A stretch of DNA of 64,000 nt from Saccostrea echinata (taxonomy: Eukaryota): contig NW_026889774.1 in the NCBI RefSeq assembly GCF_033153115.1, positions 21,266,001-21,330,000 on the forward strand, read 5' to 3'. This document shows, in pieces, positions 11,401 to 20,448 of the stretch. Made by a program: the position numbers and the translations under genes. Below the pieces are notes generated by a model. The model was not told the DNA's origin, did not search any database, and worked only from the letters and a program-made list of their open reading frames with translations. Position 1 is the first letter of the stretch; the number at the start of each line of letters is the position of its first letter.

Positions 11401-14400
11401 ATGGTCTTTACACTGGGTAATCCAACACCCTGCTAATCCCAACACAAAATGTGTCTCCCAGTGCATGTCAGATTAGACAGGTTTCACAGTATACATAATG
11501 GCAAAGCAACAGGATTAAATAAATAAAAATATTACCTGAATAAAAAAAAGACAGGGTTTGCCTTCAAGAGCCGAACAATTGTGTTGGTCAAACATTCTGA
11601 TAATGTCTCTTGTTAAAAGAGACTTTCCATTATGGAAGAACAACTGATGTACCATTTCAGTCCTAGGTTTCTTTTGAACTGTGATCCCAGATGGGTGCTG
11701 CTCATGGGGCTCTTTGTTATCCTCTTTAATAACCATGGGTACTTCCTGTCCGTGTGTACTGATGATTAGTACAAAGAAGCTGGGCTTCAGTTTCTTACAC
11801 CAATTTATTCCTATGTCATGTCAAAAAAAAAAATGAAATATTCACATGTATAATTATGTAAATCATAGTATAATGAAAAAGACTGGAGTAAAGTATCAAT
11901 AAATCTGACTAGTTATAAACTAGATTATAAATAGAAAAAGTAGCAATTACCTTCTTGTAAAAATTGTATTGCTTGTTCAGCAGTTGGATTAAGTTTCTTT
12001 TTCACAAAACATCCCAAGTTTTCAAAACTATCCTTCATCTTCTGAAATTCCTTTGAAGAAGAATGCCTGTTCTCTAAAGACACCTCAGCTTTTTCAGAAT
12101 CGGCATCAAATTCCAATAAACCAATGTAGAGACACAGGCCAGGATTTTTAAGGGGATAACTGTTATCCTCCTCCACTTTGTCATCAGTGTTTGTTCCGGC
12201 GACAAAGCTATGCAATACAAAATGAAAAATTATGCAAGGCCATCTTTAAAAAATTGTTTGTTTGCCCTCTCCTGACCGACTGGCTAAAAATAGTCTGACT
12301 CATTATCTGACTGATTTATCTCCAGGAAATTATATTTTTTTCCTTTTCATTTCGAATTTTTCTCATCCCTTCATATTTTGAAAATTCAGCATTGATGTTG
12401 AAACTTTCTAGGAAATTTTTTTTTCCAACCTACCTACTGACCCAATTTTTTTTTTAACCCTGAATCGGTAGAGGGCAAACAAAAATTATTTTAAAATGGC
12501 CCAGAGTATGATTCTATGCAGCATTGAAGCAGTGGCAGAACCTTCCATGTCTGAATCTATACAGACTTTTTAAACAAGAATAGGAAGAGCTAAAAGATCT
12601 AACAAAGAGGTAAAAACACTGTAATTATCTATAATTTATCCTTCACATTTCTTGAAAATATCTTGGACCAACAATCTTTTAAGGTATAAATTTAATGGCC
12701 AGATCCTGAGATATTCTACATCTAATTAGAAGTTCTATATAAATTGAAAAAGGAACTCATACTTAATGCCAGATTCCTTTGAGATTTCATCTTCATCATT
12801 TGGTTTTGTAGAAAGGTCTGGAGCTTTCCCTTGATTGAAATTTTCCAAAACCTCAACTTTTAGAAACTGTGGTTCTTTGTTCTCTGTTGGAGTCTGAACA
12901 GGGGTAACAGTATCTACTTGGTCTTTTGAGCTACTGGAACAATTTTGATTGTTGAATTTGTCCACAATTTGTTTGGCTAGGGTTTCGATGCTTTCTTGAT
13001 TGTTGTTTTCCATTGTAACAACCATGTGACATGTTTTTGATCCATGTTCAAGGTATTTTTCATCTTCACTTATCACAGTGGCTTTTGAGGTGAAAGAAGG
13101 AAAAGAAGTCAGAAGGTGCTGGTTTATGTTACAAACCACAACCAAAGTGAACTCAATTCCATCATCTTCTTCATCATCATCCAACAGCTCTGAATATGAA
13201 AACAAAATTAGATATGTCATATATGAAAAACATCCTTTAAGGAGGCTGGGGGGTCAACAAATTAACCACAAATTAACCACCAGATTTAACTTAATTTTTT
13301 AGATATGATATCTTAAGCTGTCAACTATCATTTGGCAAAGAAAATTTTCAAAAATTTTAGTTTTAAAAATTGATCATTTTCTATATCTTCATATGGAGCT
13401 CTTCCTCTAAAGGAGATCAATATAGTCTAAAAATGGCCACAACCCCCCAGTCTCTTTAAAAGACAACTTAGGAAAGAATAATCTTAAAAACACCCCTGAA
13501 AAGACAATTTAAGAAAGAATGATCTTAAAAACACTTAAAAATAAGTCTGCCATTTTGAAACAAGAGGCTCAAGGGCCTTTACAGTCACCTGCATATAATA
13601 CAACAATTTAGAGGATCCATAGAAGTATGAAATAAATTGATAGATGAAACTTTATTATCCAAAAGCAAGAAAAATAGGATGATCCACAAAATAATTAGTC
13701 TAGTAACAGTAACAGCTCATAAAGTATAAGTTCCTCTTGCCCCCATTTATCACTATCACCATGTAAACTATAACCTCTCACATCATATTTATATGCAGTT
13801 AGTTGGAGATTTTCAAAGAATAAAAAAATTAACACATTTTCACTATATTACAGGTATCAATAGATCCCACCCTTACACCAGAACATCTGATTCAGGGGCA
13901 ATGAAACTCACATTTCTTTTAAAGAATTATTAGAAAGTTTTAATTTAAATTCATTGTGTGAACCACTGTGGTATAATAATAAAATAAAGATTCAAAATAA
14001 ATATGTATTTTGTAAGCAAATGTTTGATAAAGGGTTCCACATAGTACATGACTTATTCAATATAGAAGGTAATTTTATTAGCTATGAAAGTATCACAAAA
14101 TATTATTTAGTAAAATTACCATTTACCACACATGAGGGTCTGAAGCAAAGTATTTTGAGTGCATGGCCAAATATCAAGCAATTGTCATATAATACTACTG
14201 TCAAACCATATCAACCTGAATTTATAAAAATACTTTGTAAGAACAAAAAAGGATCCAGAAATATTTATGATTATTTAATGTCAAAAATACAGCACAAACC
14301 AATTTGTGAAAACAAATGGGCTACTGATCTAAAGTTAAGAGTCAAATTTCAACTGGAAACATGTTTATGCAAACTTTAAATTGATAACGAAAGACTCGGG

Positions 14401-17400
14401 ACTTATGTGGTTTAATTATAGAATTATTCATAGAATATTAGGTACTAATAAGTACTTATATTTGTCTAAAATTAAAAATTGAACACTTTGTTCAATATGT
14501 AAATTAGAACCAGAATCAATTAAGCATATATTTTTCTACTGTCCACAGGTTTCTATGATTTAATGGCTAGAATTGTCAGATTGGATTTTTCAAAAGTCTG
14601 GTAAAAGAATTGAATTTGATGTGAAAACTGTTATTTTTGGTTATCTGGAAAAAGATCACATGGTAATAAATTTGATAATCCTGTTGGTGAAGAAATACTT
14701 ATTTCAACAATCAAGAAAAAACAATAATATTGTCTTTAATGAAATTTCAAAATATTTAAACAATTACTATACTTTAGAGGAAAAAATGTCAGAAAATACA
14801 TTTTATAAAAATAGATGGTCCAAGTGGAAATGTCTTTTTAATGTGTCTAATAGTAACTCTTAATATTATGAATGAATATGTATTGTAAATCAGGTATTTA
14901 TGTTTATTTGCATGTGTATGTATATATATACATATATATGTATGTGTATGTATCTGTCCAACAGGTATGAGAGTGGGAGAGAGAGGTGTATATGTTTTGC
15001 AATTACATAAATAAAAAAAACCCTCGCATTTCTGGAAGAAACCCCTTGCTCATCATAACTATACACTTAGTTTATTTGTTTTATAACCAGGAGCTTAAAA
15101 GAATATTTTCAAAGAAATTATGCATTTTCACTATATAATCAAAAGAGCCCCCCCCTTTCACCAGAACCCCCGACCATGTGCAGGAATTTCACAATTTTTG
15201 AAGAGGCATCCTTGTTATCATAACCATGCCTTTAGTTTGTTTACATAATACATAGGAGCAGAGAAGAAGATTTTCAAAGAATTAATGCATTTTCACTATA
15301 TTTTCAATAGAGCACCCTTCCAACAACAGGACCCCTGACCCAGGGGCCATGAAATTCACAATTTTGGAAGAGGCATCCTTACTCATCATAACTATATACT
15401 TGGTTTGTTTGTTTGATAGATAGGAGCAGAGAAGATTTTCAAAGAATTAATGCACTTTCATTATATAATCAATAGGTCACCCACATGGCGCAGTGGTTAG
15501 AGCATCTGCTCATGAGTCGCAGAGTAAGGAGCTTATCCTTACGTCGTGGGTTCAAATCCACTGCAGGAAGTGGAGATCGGTCCTTGGGATGAGACCATAT
15601 AAACCCAGGTGCCAACTTGCAGAAGGTGTTGGCACAAAAAAGATCCCTCAATGCTCAATGGCCCTGAGTGCCAAGTATTGGTATAAATTTGCAGCCCTCC
15701 ACTGGCAAGTGGTGGAGTCTCCATATAAGTGAAAAATTCTTGGGTGAGACATTAAAACAAACAAACAAAATATAATCAATAGAGCCAGCCACCCCCCCCC
15801 CCCTTCGCAGAACCCCCTCATCCTGGGGCCAGAAATTTCAAAATTTTAGAAGAGGCACCCTTGCTCATCATAACTATGTACTTAGTTAGTTTGTTTAATA
15901 CACAGGAGCAGAGAAGAAGATTTTCAAAGAAATAAAGCATTTTCACTATATAATCTACATAGCCCCACCCTAGAACCAGAACCCCTGACCCTGGGGCCAT
16001 GAATTTCACAATTTTGGTAGAGGATTCAGTGCTTATTACAATCATGAATGCCAACAGTTTGACTGCTTGTTGTCGGGGAGTAAAGAAGATTTTTAAGGAT
16101 TGCATTAATTTTGGTGGTTTTAGCCCCACCCCTCAGGCACCAGGGGGGCAGAGACCATGAAATTCAGAATTTTTGTCCTCCTTCACTCATACATGCTATA
16201 TGCCAAAAATGTTGAAATACTTTGTATCGCAATTACCTCACAGTTATTCAGGGGCATGAATTACTTGCGTTAGTGACAATCAAATGATTTGAACAATTAG
16301 TATGCCGAAAGTACTATGTATTGCAAAGGGATGAACTTCTAATAGTAGGTTGTCTAATTTGGAATGTTTAAATTTTTTTTTATCAGCTTCCAAAAGTAGC
16401 GATAATCAGAAAGAAATGGTTGAATTTAATTAGAAGAGTTGGCTTACTGAAAAAGTATCAAAAAAAATTAACACATGAGGACTAGGTTCTCTTAAAATTT
16501 ATAAGTGTGGTACAGGGAATGTTCTGCAAGATTCTTTCATATCTGTCCTTTAAAAATCCACAATGCTTATCTCGCATAGCCTGGTTCTCTGTCCCTGTTA
16601 TGCCTCGTATACTCCGCGATACTGCCTTGGCAAGGATGAGCCAGGGAACCAGGCTAGATATCACGTTGTATGGAACAGCACATTGCCCCCAGTTAACAGA
16701 CATTTCCTACCTTCACCGAGAAAGAGTTCCATTAAATAAAGTAATCGCAATATCAAGTATTGGTTCAGCAGTTCCAGAGAAGAAGCTGAAAATGTTCAAA
16801 TGGTAACACACTACGCAAGATGCACAACCCACGACAACGGACAAAAAGGGATAGCAATAGGTCACCTGAGTGACTTAAGTGACCTAAAAAAGCTATGCAA
16901 CTGTGTCTTGCATCTTGCTGAAATGTAATCATTTCAAGGTTATAACAATTCTGGTCTTGAGCATCCTTTGTGTTGAATATAAACTATGACCTTTCACAAT
17001 CCTAGCATTTATATACCATACAGTGGGTTTCTTTAGTGGGTGTAAAATTTGGCATTTTGCTTGCTCAAAGGTATGCCAATAATTTTGGAGAAACTTTTTT
17101 GGCAGACACTCAGTTACATAAGGTTGTAAAAGAAAGGAAGTTCACCTTCTAGATGAGTTTAAGTATGTTGAATTTACGTTTGAATACTGATTTAGACGAG
17201 AGTTTGAGTTAAAATCAACATCAGATGAAAGTGTATTGTTTAACAGCAGACTGATCGAAGTTAATTATGTTCTCCTATTCAGTACTTATACACAACGGTG
17301 CAAATTTAGTGATAATTTTTGCGGGCTACTTAAAACCACTAAAATAAGTTAGCACACTGCTAAATATATGGTATCATTGTCCCAAGAACGTCTCAGCCAT

Positions 17401-20400
17401 GTGACCTTGAGTTTATGCAAACAGCCATGAATCATGACAGACCTCTTGGTCATAACCAATCTTCATGTCGACTATGAGTCTATGACCAAATATGCTCTCC
17501 TTGCATTTCCAAGTCCTTCAAATTTTGTCACTTCTGAACCTGTGACCTTGACCTAGTCTTAATGACCTTTATTTAAGGTTGTGACGCATCCTATGTTCAT
17601 AATGAACCCTCAGGCCAAGTATGATCCTCTTTATATTATTCCCTTACAAATTATGAAACAAAGAATTTTATACTTCAAACTCAGTGACCTTGTCCTTGTC
17701 CAACTGACCATAGTGTAGGGTTGTTACACTCTCTGGTCACCAACATTATTTGTACTTTGAAACTTATGGTGAAGATACATTTAAACAACCTGTGACTTGA
17801 CCTTGTCCAAATTAATCTGGGTTAAGGTCATGACATACCCTCCAGTCACAACATTTGTCTTGAGTATATACGTGTATAAGCTTCTAACATTTATAACACC
17901 CTCACAGTAGCTCAGTTGGTAGAGCACTTGCTCCATAATCGAAAGGTTGTGTGTTCGAATCACAGCCGAGACTGACCTAAGTCGATAAAAAATAGGTAGC
18001 AACTGTTCCTTCACCAATTGCACATTGGAGCTAAAGTTGTGGGTCTTTCGGATGAGACCTTAAAAACCAAGGCTACGTGTCACGGTAGGCATTGGCACGA
18101 TAAAGAACCCTCACTGCTCAATGGCCCTTAGTGCCAAGTAAAGGTCTAAATTTGAAGCCCTTCATCGGTATATGGTGACGTCTCTATATGAGGGAAAAAT
18201 TCTCGAACGGGACATAAAACAAAACACAATCAATCAATCAAATCTAACATTTATACATTTCAAGTTGTGACTAGAACAATAATTTATGCACAAAATATTT
18301 TTAAAAATGTAAACCCTAAAAACAGCATCACCTCTAGTATGCACAACTCATTGCAGCTGCATCAATTGTAAGTTGTAAAACATACCATATTCTCCCAATT
18401 TAATGCTTGATTGAATGAAATCTAACCATGTTCCATGTGACTCATGTATACATCAGAAATATTGTAAGATATTTTACCTTCCAGTTTGTTGTGGATTTTA
18501 TTTGATTGCTCTTTCCAAAATGTCTCCCAGAAAACATTGTCTGTGATTACAATCAGTGAGGTTACTGACTTCAGATTTTTACCAATGTGCTTTGCAATTG
18601 AAGTGAGATTTCCTGAAAAATTATATTGTAATTTAAAAATAATTTTCAAATGACAATGCTATATACAGTATCATGTACATGTATTGGTGTTGTATAGAAG
18701 GAATTCCCCCATAGTCATGCAGCTTTCCCCTCCCCCCTCCCCAGTATATCTGTACTCTAAAACAGGATTCTCCCCCAGCAGAAATTTCACACTAGAGCCA
18801 CACTTCCCTTTCCTTTTTTCCCCCCCCCCCCCAAGAGTACGATTTCCCCCAACCTTATAAACACTAAATTTTAGCTCTCAGGGCCATTATAATCCACAGC
18901 AACAATACTTCGGCTAAAGTTTATATGAAAGTCAACTAGTTATTTTAATGGAAAATTGAGTGTTTTCGACTCATAAATTGTTCATCTTAAATATAAATTC
19001 TAAAAATATCTTTCAAAATATCTTTCAAATTAAATCATAGAGTTTAAACTCAAAATTGACTCTCAAAAGAAATTGCAATCAGTGATAAAATTCAATGTCT
19101 CAAGTCAACACCTCTCGTGGCGCTGCACAGTGGTGCCTGTATATGTCATAAATTTTTCAATAGATATTAGGCCACCTTTAAAAATTTAATTTGTTTTCCC
19201 TCTACAATATCAACCCAGTAGAGGAGTCTTAGACATTGTTATTCCATAGACTAGTTTTAATTCTCATATAAACAGAAACTGTGCTTTTGGATATTAAATG
19301 AATAATACTTTAATGGTGAGGAAATTGGCACTGGGGAAATTACACTCTCACTGACTCCATATAATTAATAACTGTCAGAGTAGCCCCTCCCCAAGGGAAA
19401 ATAGAATCCAGTGTAGGATTTGATGCAAATGTATATATCAAAGACATGCCACTGAATAAAATCCAAACTAAGAATGTAGGGGAGAAGCCATGTGCAATAT
19501 TGTTGGTTAATTGGAGGATAGCCACTCTTCCCTTGAGGCTTCACTGGGGAAAACTCACTATAGCCAGCTTTCCAAGGGAGAAGTCTCACTATACACAGGC
19601 CTCTGAATTTCTATCAATAAGCCCTTACATGATTGATTAGAGTAATATATATATACCCCTCTATATTTATATATAGAGGGGGTATATATATATTACTCTA
19701 ATCAATCATGTAACGGCTTATTGATAGAAATTCAGAGGCCTGTGCACTATATGAGGCTGGTACACAGGTACATGTCTTACATAGAATTTAAAAAAAAGGG
19801 TATAGTATCTAAATCTGATGTGATTTTACAGTGAAAATATAGGCCCAATGAAAAGTATTATCCTCTCTGTAAAGCAATAATTCAAGAATTCTACCTTCTT
19901 GACCATGTTTTCACCTCAATGATCCCAGTCCTATTAAGTTTAAACTGCACAGCAACATTATTACCTGGTTTTATTTTGTCCTCTTCAATGCCCGCATCAA
20001 CCACTCTTTTCTTTTCCTCAATCATAGATTTTATCTCATTTGATAGCGGTTGAAACGTTTTTGTGTTCTTTACATATAGTAACCCTGTTAAATGTCAAAT
20101 AAAAAAAATGAGAGATTTATTTTGTCTTCATTTTTTTCTTCCTCTAAAACCTAAACATAACAACTCATAACAGATATAAAAGTTAACTCATCTGAACAGA
20201 ATTAAATCACTACCAACATTTAAAATGGCTGTATAACAATAGGTGTTTCGTCGATCCCAACTTTCGCAGTATCATTTACAAACGTAATTTGTTGTACACT
20301 TTAAAACAATGGTTAAATGTCGGAAGTTCAAAGTTATAAAGAACTCAGAAAGATATAATAATTATATTTGTTTCTTTTTTTAACTTACCTACTTTCCCTG

Positions 20401-20404
20401 TCAT
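8484..20404 (-). CDS. Caspase-family cysteine protease (peptidase C14), 691 aa, 9 exons, with a non-CARD/DED (TIR-like) N-terminal domain
   Basis: Exons 20404-20389, 20084-19965, 18612-18478, 13189-12763, 12207-11951, 11810-11536, 9774-9553, 9194-8897 and 8809-8484 total 2076 nt with all phases compatible (one GC-AG intron). p20 motifs: YPLKNPGLCLYI, LENRHSS, FFVLIISTHG (catalytic His), NCSALEGKPCLFFIQ|SCRS (catalytic Cys). p10 motifs: DALVMFASAPG, GGWLI, DLLAELTKV, KSVPCLYHKL. Confidence 0.9.
9990..11175 (-). repeat. ~140-145-bp tandem repeat array (HINE-type internal satellite) in caspase intron 6
   Basis: Unit 'acctggtcactcatccagaaaat...tctggtagtgtgcat...catccatgcaagtttggtc' recurs at ~10092, 10232, 10374, 10520 and more degenerately beyond. 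Confidence 0.7.
11321..11490. mobile_element. Tc1/mariner-type MITE
   Basis: 'cagtaaaaactgtcttatccgacac' ... 'atgtcagattagacaggtttcacagt' inverted termini. Confidence 0.5.
12237..12502. mobile_element. MITE with ~40-bp TIRs (second copy at 51870-52092)
   Basis: 'ggccatctttaaaaaattgtttgtttgccctctcctgaccga' ... 'tcggtagagggcaaacaaaaattattttaaaatggcc'. Confidence 0.7.
13241..13455. mobile_element. TTAA-flanked MITE (near-identical inverted copy at 47598-47801)
   Basis: ttaa|GGAGGCTGGGGGGT ... ACCCCCCAGTCTCT|ttaa. Confidence 0.8.
13918..15020 (+). mobile_element. 5'-truncated, decayed non-LTR retrotransposon (L1/Tx1-type ORF2 C-terminus)
   Basis: ORF remnants EPLWYNNKIKI, WFNYRIIHRILGTN and the C-x2-C...ESIKHIFFYC zinc-knuckle region, with stops and frameshifts. 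Followed by a (TA/TG)n tract and an AATAAA-polyA tail; flanks ctcacatttct/ctcgcatttct resemble a TSD. Confidence 0.8.
15476..15769 (+). mobile_element. tRNA-derived SINE
   Basis: A-box 'tggcgcagtggttagagc', B-box 'ggttcaaatcc', (aaac)n tail and 13-bp TSD atataatcaatag; core shared with the SINE at 17896. Confidence 0.85.
17896..18242 (+). mobile_element. tRNA-derived SINE
   Basis: A-box 'tagctcagttggtagagc', B-box 'gttcgaatc', (caat)n tail and 13-bp TSD tctaacatttata. Confidence 0.85.
19594..19744. mobile_element. 151-bp near-perfect palindromic MITE with a 7-bp TSD
   Basis: cactata|CACAGGCCTCTGAATTTCTATCAATAAGCC...GGCTTATTGATAGAAATTCAGAGGCCTGTG|cactata. Confidence 0.85.
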
Positions 20405-20425
20405 TTTAAAAAGTCTACTAAGACT

Positions 20426-20439
20426 ACTTTCGTTTCATT
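20426..20439 (-). promoter_or_regulatory. ISRE/IRF-binding element 22 bp upstream of the caspase ATG
   Basis: ACTTTCGTTTCATT, identical to 3190-3203, while the spacer to the ATG has diverged between paralogues. Confidence 0.6.
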
Positions 20440-20448
20440 ATTGGCCGA

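Larger units (their letters stand above)
13558..16890 (-). mobile_element. Helentron/HINE-like element with internal ~170-bp repeats, carrying nested LINE and SINE insertions
   Basis: Termini 'aaacaagaggctcaagggcc...cacctg' and 'taggtcacctgagtgacttaagtgacctaaaa' (subterminal hairpin). Repeated unit 'ggagcagagaagaagattttcaaagaa...cattttcactatat...ccagaacccctgacc'. Confidence 0.7.

Noticed and set aside
13954-14863. Host gene nested in the caspase intron
   Set aside because: Interrupted by stops and frameshifts, and matches LINE ORF2 C-terminal motifs with a poly-A tail.
19895-19964. Longer caspase exon 2 ending at AGAAG|gtagaa
   Set aside because: It would be phase 2 and incompatible with the phase-1 acceptor of exon 3; the upstream donor matches the paralogue.
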